From the NCBI GenBank assembly GCA_030295235.1, contig AP026167.1, forward strand, positions 186,001-250,000: DNA of 64,000 nt, in the 5' to 3' direction. Under the pieces are notes generated by a model. It made no database searches, was not told the DNA's origin, and worked only from the letters and a program-made list of their open reading frames with translations. This stretch comes from Fistulifera solaris (lineage: Eukaryota). How positions within the stretch are numbered: the stretch's first letter is position 1; the number at the start of each line of letters is the position of its first letter. Below are positions 1 through 13,514 of this stretch, piece after piece. The translations under genes were made by a program, and so were the position numbers.

Positions 1-2093
1 TGTCATGGGAGAAACAAGCAGTGGCAAAAGCACCGTTTTAAGTCAATTGAGCGGCATTGAACTTCCGACGGATCATACTTTGACGACGAAAATACCAACT
101 TTGATCCAATTGCGACACGATTTCGTGTGTCAGGCTCGCATTCAACTCATTCCGTGGAACCATCACTCCAGAAAGCACAATTACCAACATTCCGATAACA
201 GAGAAGAACAACATCATCACAAAGTAACTCTCGGCGGCAGGAACAATGGCACGAGATTCCCTTACAAATACGTCCACGTACAAGGGCTGGTAACAGAGAA
301 AGGCGATGCCACCATTCGCTCCGATTGGTGGGTGAGTGTTGCTATTCAAGGACCTCACGTATCGCACCCCTTCACCTTGGTGGATCTACCAGGTCTCATA
401 CAAAACAGCCCCGAGCATCCAGATATACCACAACAAGTACAAGCATTGTGGAAATCGATTCAACACGAGCGTAGTATTTTGTTAGCGGTCCATCCCTCGA
501 CATCAGATTTTCACAATGCTGCCGTTTGGGCGTCGCCGTCGTCCGACTTTATCATTATACCCGTGTTGACGAAACCCGATTTGATTGATCCAGGGCGAGT
601 CGGCGGTCGTCAACTTGTTGACAGGTCAACATCCCTTGCCATTGAAGGGGTTTCACCTCATCAAAGGGAGAGGGCAGGCAGCGTTGGATCAATCAATTGA
701 GCAAGCGTTACAAGAGGAAGAACGCTTTTTCCAACAGCAAGAACCTTGGAGATCCATCACCGATACAACATGCTTGGGTACAATCCATTTGAGAGAGAAA
801 TTAAGTCGCATGCAGCTAGATTTATGGCGGCGTTGCCAAGTATTGTCAATGAGATTCGCCGTAAACGGGTAGAGGCATCCCGGGTCATGGAGCAGTTCCA
901 GCCGATCCAAGATCGTCGTTGGTATTTTCAGGAACAATCACAAAGTCTTCTGGCCAAGCTGCAAGCTTCGATCCAAGGAAGGTCTTTGTATTCGGCTGGA
1001 GCGCGACTGCATCAAGCCTGCACCAAATACGCCGATTCAATTTGTCAAGGTTCCTTGTATACGGTGCGATCGGTTGTAGAAGGAGCACATGTATTGGTGA
1101 CGACACCACGAGGGGTGGTACCCGGTGGAGTGGTGCACATAGACAAGCAGTTCTGTTGTGTAGATTTTATTCATGAAGATGATTCTTCATCAGAAGCGCT
1201 GTTTGATCGGGTTGGTATTTCCATTCAGGATCACAAAGTGGAGGTTGACGATGTTTGGTTGGAAGGATCGAAAGTATACATTGCCCGGCGGTGTCTGTGA
1301 TTCGTTGAAGAAAATTCCATTCCATTGTGTTCGCACCGACCCTTCATGGCTCAAGGAAAAAATTGCCGAAACCCGTGCCGATGAGTTGGCTTGTTTTCTT
1401 AATGTTGACATATTCAAAGGCTGCCGTGGCAGATTTTGTCGAAGCCGATTGGCGACCACCATGTGACAAGTTACTACAAATCACGGAAGATGTCGCGCGA
1501 AAAGCAGTGAGTGAATCCATTCATAACACATTGGACGAACGATACCCCCTGCTCCAGTCGCTTTTGGAGAGACACTGTCGCTACCATAGTAAGATCTTTA
1601 ATGGAGCATGCTCAAGAGCAAGTCGATATGCATCTAGCTGCAGAAAAACAGCCTTACACGCTAGATTTGTTGCTGCTGGAAAACATTGCTGAAGCACGTC
1701 ATCGAAGTTTACGACGTGAATTGGAGATTGCTTTTCGACTGGACCAAGAAGGCGGAGTGTATGACACACAAGCCATTCAGGCTATCATGGACGACGTTTT
1801 TGAGCGACAAAAGCAAAAAACTTTTGAAGACCATACAGCGGAATAAATGGAGATTATTTTAGAAAGCTATGGCAAGATTGCCACGCGTCGCGTACTCGAT
1901 CGGTCGCCCATGATATGTTGGGAAGTTCTGCGATCGCTTACTCCCGCCATTCAGGAATCGTTTTGGAGCGTGAGTGAGGAGGAATTGATTGAGTGCACGC
2001 AGGATCAGGAAGACACGAGAACAAAATACATCACTGCGCTGAGAAGAGTTTGAAGAAATGGGAAAAGCGTTGAACATCTTCGATTCATTGTAG
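1..2093 (+). pseudogene. Dynamin-superfamily (Mx-like) GTPase, 5'-truncated by the window edge; several frameshifts and one in-frame stop
   Basis: G1 GETSSGKS, G3 DLPG and G4 TKPD in ORF 5..700. It continues through ORFs 585..872 (LKGFHLIKGRGQ...EERFFQQQEPW...LGTIHLREKLS), 746..1300, 1173..1466 (RADELACFLNVDIF, like the Mx RGRELPGF motif), 1327..1692 and 1511..1846, then GED-like 1847..2053 (YGKIATRRVLD). TAA at 1844-1846 interrupts an otherwise continuous frame. Could be a functional gene with assembly errors. Confidence 0.75.
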
Positions 2094-3060
2094 CTAGTAT
2101 CATGCATAAAGCCAGCTCCTAAACCGTAGCATAAGCGTTCATGCGAGAGCGTATAGATGATGCGCTCAGGTACTAATACAAAGGTCGCTCAGTCGTCTGC
2201 TTCAATCCTTTTTGAGCTTTGATGATTTGTCAGGAACAGTCCGTACTTGTAAAGCAGATTATAAGGAGTTGGGTACTACCGCCAAACAGTAAAATTTCTC
2301 TAGCATGCGACACGGAAAGACCACTCTGACAATATCTGATCTTATCAATAAAGATTTGATCTCGAAACAACTTGTGAAGATAGAGCCTGTCTCCACTTTC
2401 TTCTGACATCATTTATTTATTGACGTATTGTGGCATCCAAAACACACGCGCTCAATTCAAGAACAATATCCTCAAATTGTAATTTATAAAGTGCTGTTGC
2501 TTGCTGAGACTGCTAATCGCGTTCACCGCATGTATGCACGCTGGACCGAACAACCGTTGTGGGACTGATTGTCGAATGGGAGAAAGAACGCCAAATTGTT
2601 GGGCCGCAGACCTTGCGCTCCGAACACCCACCGAAATATTGGGTGCTCCTCTCACTTAGCCCTTTATCTTCTTTGCAACGAAATGAAAATCAATTAACAT
2701 GCCCATTGTACAAATGCTCAATTGTAACTTTTCAACATTAACATCATGCATGCATAATAGTGCGACCATAGTGTGACCGGTTTTGCTCATATCGGCTAAG
2801 ATGTCTTATTACCTGGGAAGGGCGTTAAAATTCTGCCTCCCAGTACAAGATTGTACGTAGCGTCTACGACGAGGCAGAATTTTAACGCCGTTCTAGGTAG
2901 TGTGTCCTGCGGTGTTTTACAGTAAAAACGGAAAAAAGAGAAACGGTGCGATGCGGTGAGGTACTCTTTCCGCACGGTCCCTATGTCGTCCGTCAGCAGC
3001 AGCGCCGCAGCAGCAGCAAAAATTTCACAAACCTTGATGTTGCTGACTTGAGACTTACTA

Positions 3061-4266
3061 TTGCCTATTGTGTCAATCAATTGTGACATCAAATGCGAAT
3101 CACAAACATTTCATCATCTTCTCAAACCCTTCGGAGACGCTGGAATTGCGGTTTTCAAGCGAGTGCGAGCGAATCTGCGTCACCGCAGGTTGCCTGCGTC
3201 TTACAAGTTCCCTATCGATTCGACGAAAGTGCATGAAGAAAAGGACAATTTGCTGTTTGTTTCCGATGTGGCGATGGAAATTGACCAGAATGACTGCACT
3301 GACGAGTTGCGCGCTTGGGTCTTCGCCCGATTGAGGACATGCCAACGCTTGAAGAAATGCGGTTATGGGCCGAGATCAGCGAAGGACTTGGACCAGAGGA
3401 AGCTCTTGCCGTGCGTTCTTGCAGTGTTAGCGTCTCGTCCTGGCGATGCGCGTAATGCGCTCGAATGTTTTGTTGTCATGCAAACGCCGTCGTCGCCGTC
3501 GTCGTCGTATCAGCATTGCTTGTGGATTGGGGGTGCTGTGAAGAAGCTCGTCAAGCCAGCTTCCAATAAGCGCCGGCGAACGACGAGCGTGGAGCCTCAG
3601 CAGTCTGTGCCCCCTCCATTCCCAGCTGACATCAAAAACGATGCCTTTGATATATTCGTTGCAAGTAATCTGTGTGTTGTTTCAAGCCTGCTGACGAAGA
3701 TATTTACTAGTTGTCTGACGAAATGTTGTCTTGGGTGCATGTGAACGGGGGGACAGTGCTTCCAGCTGTGGCAGTGTCGACCAGTGCACTTGCTTATGAC
3801 AATTCGAATCATCGTCGTTGCCATTGGCGTCCTCATCCATTCGCGAGTGATCGTTGTTCTCGTGTCAGCTTTGCCCCAGAGATTGTGTCTTCTGTCATCG
3901 AGATTCCCAGTCATCATTCGTTGACGGATGAAGAGAAGCAATGCCTGTACTATGACGTGAAAACATTGGAGTTGATGAAAGAGCGGGGCCGCTTGGAGCG
4001 CAGATTCGATCGCAGCGTTCGTCAGCGTTGAAAATTCGTTGGATGAAAATAATTTCTTCCGAAATCATCTTGGAGAGTCGGTCCATCCAGCACATTTCCG
4101 TTCTTACGTGGACGACGATCTTCCACACCTTTCTCGTGATACCATTATTCCCGGATACTCTTCGTTCGATAAGTACATGCGAGATGTGTACCAGTACGAA
4201 CATGTGTTTGCCATGCTCGTGCGGAAGAAGCGCTTCCGGGTAAAGAAGTCGAAAAATGGTAGTTGA
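3061..4266 (+). CDS. Uncharacterised family-X protein, copy 1 (RVxF-containing), frameshifted; start uncertain
   Basis: ORFs 3061..3744, 3711..4031 (WRPHP...RVSFAPEIVSSVIEIP...LTDEEK) and 4039..4266 (ENNFFRNHLGESVHPAHF) align with the copies at 16.5, 22.7 and 30.6 kb. Confidence 0.6.
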
Positions 4267-4858
4267 GTCGCTTTCGTGAATCGTCGTTGAATTATGTAGC
4301 TCATTTTATTTCGTTCAAAACCTTTGATAATGTAGAATATTAAAAGTTTGGTGTCTGAAAAATCGATATCCCTTTTGGCGTACAATTTGTTCTCCTACTA
4401 GATTGGTCTACGGGTTCCCTGTTAGTGTCGGCTTGCATCTACTGCGTACCTCAGGACCAAACAACCAAACTGCATCGTTTTTAGATATTAGTAACACAAT
4501 ATTGACTAGTACATAGCACAGCACTTAAGTTTCATTTTCGTCTATCGTGACCTCTTGACTTCTTGAGGAAGGTTTTCATTTGATTTTCCCACATCGATCT
4601 TCAGTGAGGCAAATGGAGAATAATAAACTAATTTGTAATTGTCACAGGATCACTGATTCATTAAGAGTTCTTAGCAAGACTGACCAAAGCCGATCCTAGT
4701 TTTCGCTTTTTCTTTTTCTTTTCATGTCAAATTGTCATTATTTTGTTGAAGCGGGATGTTTTGAACAAAGACCGTTTTTGTCAGTACGACGTCCGATTGA
4801 CTTTCCACTACTCCGTCGTGCTCACTGCGTGAGAGTGAGATACAATACCATCGAAATG

Positions 4859-4886
4859 GACGGTCGACCGTCGACCGTCGACCGTC
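4859..4886. repeat. Short tandem/palindromic heptamer repeat (GTCGACC x3) upstream of Sec24
   Basis: Sequence gacggtcgaccgtcgaccgtcgaccgtc; contains the 14-bp palindrome GACGGTCGACCGTC. Confidence 0.7.
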
Positions 4887-5059
4887 ATCCAAAGAGACAT
4901 CGCAAAAAATAACACGCAGTGCGTTCGTACCGTTGAGAAACAACAACGTTGCATTGGCTCTTTTGCTTTTATCAATCCTAGAGTAAAGCTCGGTTCTGAT
5001 AATTGCTTTTGCTATTCCACTAGTTCTAGAGAATTGTAAGTTTTAGCTGGAAAGCCGAA

Positions 5060-8000
5060 ATGTCAAACTTTCCGCCGCCCCCGGGTCAACGCTTTGTTCC
5101 GCCTCCCGGCGGACGGTTTCAACCTCCTCCTGCTGTAGGAGGTACGGCTGCTCCTCCTCCTCCCTTTCAAGCTCCGGGAACGACGCAACTGAATTCGGCA
5201 ATGGGAAGCATGTCGTTGCAATCAGGGCAAAGGTTCGCTCCACCGCCACCGCCGGGTCAAATAGGTGCACCCGGGTAAGTCATTCCCAGGCGTTTGTGTC
5301 TTGATGTGTCGCCCAGAGACATGTTATTCGTGCCATTTATCAATTTAGTACTTTTTTCTGACCTTTTATTTTCTCTACGTTCGTGACTTTTTCTTAGAGG
5401 TGCTCCTCCTGCTCCAGGCAAAACCTTTCGCCCTCCGGGGTCGTTCGGGCCTCCTGGTGGTGCTGTGCCCCAGCCTGGTTTTCAACCTCCTCCCGCCGTT
5501 GAGGTATCACATCCACCACAGCCTGCCGTCTTCCAAGCTCCCCCCTGGAGGAGGCGGTGTTGCTCCTCCGGGAAGCCAAATTTTTCAGCCGGCCGCACCT
5601 CGTCCTGGGCCCCAGATGATGTCCGCACCTCCGGCTGCCGTACCGCAACCGGCTCCCTCGCACTTTTATCAACAGGCACCGGCTGGATCAGCAGCTCCCG
5701 GAATGATGCCGGGAGCTCTGCCGAGTGCCGCACCGGTTAATGAAAATGTCGATTACAATATTCAGATTCCAGATCGCATTTTTCGATTGGCGTGCACAAA
5801 GCTACCGCAATCGGCCAATCAAGCGACGGCTTGCAAAGCACCGCTGGGTGGTATTCTTCGACCTTTGGCTCCCTTGGCTTCAGATGAGGAAGAAGTAGCT
5901 ACCGTGGTGCCGGGACGGCCGGGATTGTGCGATGTAAGCGCTGTCGTACGTACATCAATGCATTCGTCAGCTGGTCCGAACATGGTCGAAAGTGGCGTTG
6001 TAACATTTGCGGCCAAGTCAATGACTGTCCTTCGGCATACTTTTGTCACTTGGATGAACAAGGACTGCGCCGGGATCGCTTGGAACGACCCGAGTTGTCC
6101 AAAGCCATTGTGGAGTACGTGGCTCCGGCCGAATACATGGTGCGACCCCCGCAGGAACCTTCCTACTTCTTTGTCCTTGATGTCAGTGCGACTGCGGTGC
6201 GCAGCGGTATGTTGGCAGCTGCCGCTCAGGGAATCAAAGCGAGTCTGGACGATCTACCGGGGCTTGGTCGGACCAAGGTGGCATTTGTTACATTCGACAG
6301 CTCGGTTCATTACTACAACTTGGCCCCAGATCTATCCAGTCCGCAGATGTTGGTCGTTTCGGACTTGAAGAATCTTTTCGTTCCGTTGCCAGAACACTTA
6401 TTGGTCAATTTGCGGGAATCACGTGCCATGGTGGATACCTTTTGGATAATTTGCCCGATATGTTTGCTGCCAACCCTGTCGTATCGCAGTCTTGTCTAGG
6501 ATCGGCGCTAAAAGCTGCATATACTGTGATGAAAGATGTCGGTGGCAAAATGTGCGTCTTTCAATCGATTCTACCCAATATGGGAGACGGTAGCTTGAAA
6601 CCACGCGAACAGCCCGCCTTGATGGGAACACCCAACGAAGTCAAAGTTCTTCGTCCAGAAAACACATGGTACAAAGACACCGCCATTGAGTTTAGCCGGA
6701 ACCAGATTTCGGTAGACATGTATTTGTTTCCGTATCAGTACATGGATTTGGCATCCTTGGGTGATTTACCGAAGTACACCGCGGGTACTCTTCACTCGTA
6801 TCCGTCGTTCAATTTAGAACGTGATGGTCAGCGTTTTGAAGAGCAGTTGAACAAGAACCTCACCCAAACAACTGCCTTTGAGGCTGTGATGCGTATTCGC
6901 TGTACCAAGGGAATGAAGATTACCAATTTCTACGGAAACTTCTTCATTCGTGGACAAGATCTGATGGCACTGCCCAATTGTAATACGGATTCGGTTTATG
7001 CATTCGACTTGGCGCATGATGATCAAAACTTGCTACAGAGCTTTGTGACTGTTCAAGCGGCGCTTTTGTACACGAGTTCTGTCGGTGAACGTCGAATTCG
7101 CGTAATGACTCAAGCCCTTCCCGTCACTTCGTCAACCTCGGATGTTATTGCATCTATTGATTGCGATGCTTGTTCGGCGCTGATGGCTAAGCAGGCCCTT
7201 GATTTTTCGCTCAAGACAGGCCTGGATCAAGCACGCATGCGAATGCAACAAGTCTGCGTGGAAGTGATTCGTTCTGCCAAGGGAGGGGATAAACGCATGG
7301 TTTCTGGTTACGCTGTGCCTCCGGCGGATCAAAGCGGCGGAGGAGCAGGAGAGGACAAATCCATTCCGGATAATTTGCAATTGCTCCCCCTTTACACTCT
7401 TGCAATGATGAAGAATGTTGCGTTTCGTGGCGGAACTGATGTGCATCCGGATGAGAGAATTCAGGCGCATCATTTGTTGAACGCCATGTACGTCAACGAC
7501 TCGAAACACTATGTGTATCCTCGGATGTTTGAGATCCACAATATGGGCCAGTCGTCGGGTCTTCCTAGCGAAGACTCCGTGAACGAAAGCGACGAGGACA
7601 GAACGGCTGGACGCAACCGAATTCTGCTACCCCCTGTAGCCAATCTTAGCGTAGAAAGGTTGACCAGTGATGGCGTCTTTTTGCTTGACAACGGCGTTGA
7701 AATGTATCTCTGGGTTGGACGGACGGCCGATATGAATGTGATCGGATCTTTGTTTGGTGTCCACTCATTAGACGATGTTGATCCTCAGCAGGTAAGCAAA
7801 ACTTACGTCGTCTTGTTTCTCTTTGACATTTTGAGACTAAATTTGATTGTATTTTCTCGCATCAGGTCAAGGTGTTGACGAGTGGTGACTCGTTCGCAAC
7901 TCGATTCGGTGCCGTCGTGCACGCATTACGTGATGATGTTGCCGATCCCTACACTGTCAGTGCAAAAATAAATATTGTAAAAGAGGGGGACGCTTTCTGG

Positions 8001-8755
8001 GAAGGGCGCTTCTTTTGGTTTATGGTCGAAGACCGTGCATCGTTCCAAGGAGGTACCCACAGTTATTTAGAGTTCATGGACTTTGTTCACAACCCCGGCG
8101 CGTCTGCTGGAGCTCGTTTACCTGCTGCTGGTCCACCAGGCCCAATGCCTGGTCCACCAGGACGACCGGGGCCACCAGGGGCACCAGGAAGTTTTCCTCC
8201 CTCGCAAGCCATGCCTCCACCTCAGCCGGGAAGACCCATGGCACCCCCTATGGGTGCGGGTGGCATGGCCGCACCGCCGCCACCAACGCAGGACCTCCAC
8301 CGCCACAATACGGAATGCCGCCCCCACAACCGCCGCAGCGTGGCATGCAGCCACCGCCGCCACCACAACATGTGTCCGGTCCACCTCCGCCACAGCACGG
8401 CATGCAACCCCCACCGCCACAGCAACATTCAAGCGGTCCACCTCCGCCACCACACGGCAAACAGCCACCACCACTCCAGCAACAGACAACTGGCCCACCT
8501 CCGCCACCACACGGAATGCAACCCCCGCCGCAACAGCCATTGTCCATGCCTCCACCTCACTCGGCTCCGCCCGCATTTCCTTCACAGCTTGGACCACAAG
8601 GACAGATTGGAGGACCTCCACGACCGGGACCGCCAAGTGCTGCATCTGGAGGCTACGCAATGCCGCCACCTCCTGGTCGAGCTGTTCTCCATCATGGGTT
8701 GCCTCCTCAGCGTAACGCCATGCCTCCTCCGCCACCACCTCCGCCAGGTCGATAA
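5060..8755 (+). CDS. SEC24: COPII coat subunit Sec24 with Pro-rich N- and C-terminal extensions; introns 5275-5397 and 7792-7865
   Basis: Zn finger RCKRCRTYIN...WRCNIC, EYVAPAEYMVRPPQ, trunk FFVLDVS, FEAVMRIRC, GERRIRV, and gelsolin-like domain FLLDNG...LWVG. GT-AG introns are visible. Frameshifts near 5520, 5915, 6443 and 8290 are probably assembly indels. Confidence 0.95.
8378..8535 (+). repeat. 57-bp coding tandem repeat (about 3 units, GPPPP[Q/P]HG[M/K]QPPP..QQ) in the Sec24 tail
   Basis: Units start at 8378, 8435 and 8492 (ggYccacctccgccac...), spaced exactly 57 nt apart; more degenerate units lie upstream. Confidence 0.85.
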
Positions 8756-8850
8756 AGACGAATTATGAACTACTAATGGAAAACCGGGATGATTACTTTT
8801 AATTTTCACACATCTTTAACTAATCTGTGGTGATGTAAGCTGTAAACCAT

Positions 8851-10125
8851 TTAACTAAACTCGTGTGTTTTAATCGCAATAGGCTCCAAGCCATCCTTGT
8901 CGTACAGAATATCCATCGGACTTCCATCTCTGTCAAGGCTCTTTCGACCTGCCTCCAGTATAGCTGTACCCTGCAATGTCGTGTGAACAGTGGCGAGCGA
9001 ACCATCGTCGAAATCCGAAGGTTGTGCCTTTCCAGCATTGACAGCAGCGCAAGCATCAATAAAATTTTCAAAGCTTTTAACTCCGTAACTCGATTGCCCC
9101 GAGAACATTCCATTGGTGGGCGTATACTTCATGAATAGCGGGTTCACAGATGCAAAACCACCCTCATCGGTCGACACGGTACATCCACGATGTGCCTGAT
9201 CCACATTGATCTCACCTTTAGATCCCATATAAAAGAAGCGTTGTTGCGAGTGAACATCACTTTTCGGGGCCACCCATGAGGATGTATAGACTGCACAACC
9301 GAGCGCACCGCTTTGCCGATTTTCCCACTGCACCGTCAACGTGATCGAATCTTCGGTGGGCATTCCTTTCGAGTGGGCGATACCCGTAGAAGCGGTAGCC
9401 GTGACCCGAACGGGACGTGCAATGCCGGACAAAGTCCACTCCGACCAATCAATGTGATGGGAATTTAGATAATACGAAATATCTGACGATTTTCCCGCCC
9501 ACGCTTTGAACGTTTCCAGCTGATGTTTCGGCTGAGACATGTACGCGTACATGTACTGAAAATCTCCCAACGATGTTCGAGCTCGATCGCGGGCATCCGC
9601 GTAGAAAGGATCCAAGCGTTTGTGAACCTCGACCGCCACCAAAACATTCTTGGCTTTTGCTGCCTCGCAGAGAAAGCGTGATGGTGTTGGAGATTCTGCA
9701 CGATAGGTTTCGTCACCATGACATGCATGCCGTGCTGAATACACTCCATGGCGATATCGTAATGAGTATCGTCCGGAGTAAATATGACCGCGACATCTCC
9801 TGCTTGGAACGAAGCCACGGCTGTTTTGTATGCCTCTGGAGCAATTTCATCATCGCGGGGGAAACGTGTCACAGGCCAAATCACCCATTCCTTTATAGAC
9901 ATCTCCAATACAACGTTGCATATGCTGACGAATACCCGGAAACTTTGTTCCATTGACACCACACATGCCGATGCGATCTACTTTTTGGCGGCGGCGCATG
10001 TCGAACATGGTCAACGCGACAACTCCGGCCCCTTTGTCACTGTCGGCGGCCTTGCCTCCAACGTAACCGGTTGTGTACTCGCCAGTACCTACCATTAATA
10101 CGTTCACTTTTCCATGTGTTGTCAT
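8851..10125 (-). CDS. gaaA: Gfo/Idh/MocA NAD(P)-dependent oxidoreductase, similar to fungal D-galacturonate reductase GaaA; two frameshifts
   Basis: Motifs [69 protein letters not shown] and [15 protein letters not shown] across ORFs 9850..10134, 9465..9962 and 8851..9744. Confidence 0.85.
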
Positions 10126-10619
10126 TCTATACAAAGATGAAGAGAGGAAGGCGTCAAGATATTATAGTTGAAAGAAAACAAGTCGTAAACGACAAGTACT
10201 ACTACTAATAATCATCATCATCATCCCATCGCGATCATAAAAAGAAAAAAAATCCAAAATCATCCGATCTTGGAGACGGACGACGGGCGTTCCAGTGACG
10301 GACACATGACCGACGGACGCCATATACTTAAACAATGTAAACCGGTCTGTAAGACTACTCTGTAAGATAGAGTGAGGTCATGCGATGACCGCCGCCCGCA
10401 ACGGTCGCAGCGGATGCCGAGTGCCGAGAACGAGCCACGCGACGATGGCTTTTGTTATTGTTGCGGTCCGCATCAAGCGTTTTTTATTTGCAATACAATA
10501 GCTGGTATCGGAGACGCGAGTCGTGCGGCATTCGTTGCAGCAGCAGATACTAGAGAACGAATTTGTAGTCGCGTCATTTTTGTCGCATTAGATTGTAGTG
10601 AAGAGATACCCTCGTCATC

Positions 10620-13514
10620 ATGTCTATGAGATTGCGAGATTTGATTCGCAAGGTTCGCGCTTGCAAAACGGCCGCGGAAGAGCGTGCGGTGATTGCCAAG
10701 GAGTCCGCTATGATTCGAACGGCCATTAAAGAAGAGCAAGCACACTATCGTCATCGCAATGTTGCCAAGTTGCTATTCATTCATATGCTCGGTATGTTGT
10801 TGCAAACGTTTTCGTTGAATGAGTACAGCCAGTCCTCTCATTTCTTCTGCACCTTTTCGCCCCATTAATCATTAGGATACCCAACGCATTTCGGTCAACT
10901 GGAATGTATGAAACTCACTGCATCACCTCATTTCCCCGAGAAGCGTATTGGTTATCTTGGGATGATGCTCTTATTAACCGAAGATGCGGATGTCCTCATG
11001 CTCTCGACGAACGCTTTGAAAAATGATTTGAACTCGGACAACAAGTTCGTGGCGGGATTGTCTCTATGCGCCATCGGAAACCTTGCTACGGCCGATATGT
11101 CGCGAGACTTGGCGCCGGAAGTCGACAAACACCTAAAATCACCGTTGGCGTATCTACGAAAGAAGGCCTGTTTGGCCATGGGTCGTTGCTTGAGCAAGTG
11201 CCCCGAGTTGGTAGAAGATTTCGTTGACCGCGTCGTATCACTTCTCAAAGACAAGAGTCATGGTGTATTGATTACGGTCGTGCAACTCATGACGCAAGTC
11301 CTCGTGATTGATACGCGCAATGCGATCGAAGAGGGTCTTTCGCCGGAGGAAGAGACGCCGTGTCGAACGGCGTTCCTTCGATTGGTCCCAACGCTGGTCA
11401 AGATGCTCCGGAACTTGCAAACGTCAGGATACTTCGCGGATCATGATGTCGGGGGTATCTCAGATCCGTTCTTGCAGGTCCAGTTATTGACTTTGCTGCG
11501 CATGTTGGGATCGAGCAATGAGCAAGCTACGGAAGAAATGAACGATGTGCTCGCACAGGTCGCCAGTAACACGGACTCGGCCAAGAATGCTGGAAATGCT
11601 ATCTTGTACGAGTGCGTACAAACGATCATGGCGATTCCTTGTGAGGATGGCCTCCGGGTGCTAGCCGTCAATATTCTGGGACGATTCTTGTTGAATCGGG
11701 ATAATAACATTCGGTATGTGGCGTTGAACACTCTTTCTCGGTGCATTGCGGAACAGAAGCAGCACGAATTGAACAGTGGAGTTGGAGAATCGACCAATAA
11801 TGCCATGTCTGCTTTGCAGCGCCATCGTACGACTGTTGTAGATTGCTTGAAAGATCCTGATGTCAGTATTCGGCAACGTGCTTTGGAACTCATATACCAT
11901 CTTGTGAATGAGTCCAACGTAGAGTCATTGACAGCAGAATTGTTGAATTATCTGGTGCTTTGTCCCACGGAGCATCGTTGTGACATCTGTGCTCGTATTC
12001 TAAAGGTCGTAGATCGTTACAGTCCCTCAGATCAGTGGCGCGTGGATACTTTGATCACAACCTTGACGATTGCTGGTCGTGAGGCATCTCGCAACGTTCA
12101 ATCAGCAACTGTTGTGTACATCTCTCGTGCATCTGCGGATATTCACGCATTCGCTGTACACAAGCTATGCAAAGCACTTCGGGATGATGATGGATCCCAG
12201 CATGGCTTGTTGTCGGTCGGTGTGTGGTGCATCGGAGAGTACGGAGAACTTTTGATGCAGCCCTATCAGTATGTCCCCGCCGATGGTGACCAGCAACCAA
12301 TTACATTCCAGGCAATGGAGCCGATGGAAATTGTCAAGGCCGTAGAGCAGCTTACGAAACGCCACGCATGCCCGGATTTTGTGAAGCAACGAGTGTTGAC
12401 AGCCTATGTCAAGTTAAGTCAAAGGCTCTCGCACGATCCAATGGCGTCGGAGCGATTACAGAAGCTGCTGCAAAAAGATCAAACCAGTCGAAGTTTGGAG
12501 CTACAGCTTCGCTCGTGCGAATACAATGCGTTGCTCCACGCAACAAAGGGCCAACGACTTCCACGACTTAATCAACCAAAAGCCAGCACTGATGCTGATT
12601 TGTTTGGGGTTACAGCAGAAAGTAGTGTTGGTGAAGGTGTTAGCGAAGGCGTCGTTGCAGCTGCAAAAGAAGCGCTTGCTCGAATGCCTGTGGTTGATGT
12701 AAAAATCCTGCAGAAACGGCTGTCCGCTGATGAGTTTGCGAACGGAGATGATACTATTCCTGTGCGTAGAACTGTGGCTTCCGCTCCTGCACCAAGTAGT
12801 GGAGGCGACTTACTTGATTTATTTGGAGGCGAAGAAACCGTGTCGAATGGACCTACCAGCGCTCCCGCGGCTGGTCCGAGCGATCTTGACCTACTTTCAG
12901 ATATCTTTGCAGCCCCTGCGGCACCTATATCTGCAGCGCCCGTGGTCAATCCTATGGATTTATTTGGTGCCCCGCCTGTTGTATCACAAACTATGCCCGC
13001 TCCCAGCAATCCTATGGAATTGTTTGGTGCGCCACCTTCCACAACCATGCCGGCATCACCCCCCTTTGATATGTTCGGTGGCTCTACGGCTCCGGCTCCG
13101 TCAGCAACTGTTTCTCAAGATCTCTTTGGTGCCCCGGCACCAGTGTCGAATAGCGTACGAGTTCCGGGATTTTCGCATGGAGGTCTTACTTTAGAGTTTG
13201 AATGCCTGAAACCCGAAGCCATGGCACCGCAGAAGTCAACTTTGATCGCACACTTTCAGAACACAACACCCGAACCTCTGGTAGGAATGAGTTTGCAAGT
13301 AGCCGTTCCGAAGTACATTCAGATGGAAATGGAACCTCCTTCCTCTACAACCGTCCCACCAGGCTCAAGGGTGGTAACTCAAAAGATACAAGTAACGAAC
13401 AGTATGCTGGGAACCAAGAACGTTGTGCTCAAGGTAAAAGTTAGCTTCACATCAGCTGGACAAAAGGTGGAACATCTGGCAACATGTTCCGGCTTTCCTC
13501 CTGGTAAATATTAA
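10620..13514 (+). CDS. AP1G1: AP-1 complex gamma adaptin; intron 10792-10875
   Basis: [34 protein letters not shown] across the GT-AG intron, [22 protein letters not shown], a hinge with DLLDLF/DLFG clathrin-box-like motifs, and a C-terminal GAE ear (QVAVPKY). Confidence 0.97.

Noticed and set aside
8378..8535. CRISPR-like repeat-spacer array
   Set aside because: It is an in-frame coding repeat in a eukaryotic gene, with no unique spacers and no cas genes.
8083..8768. Overlapping His-rich, Thr/Ala-rich, Val-rich and Cys/Gly-rich ORFs (metallothionein- or keratin-like appearance)
   Set aside because: They are alternative-frame and antisense readings of the CCN-rich Sec24 proline tail.
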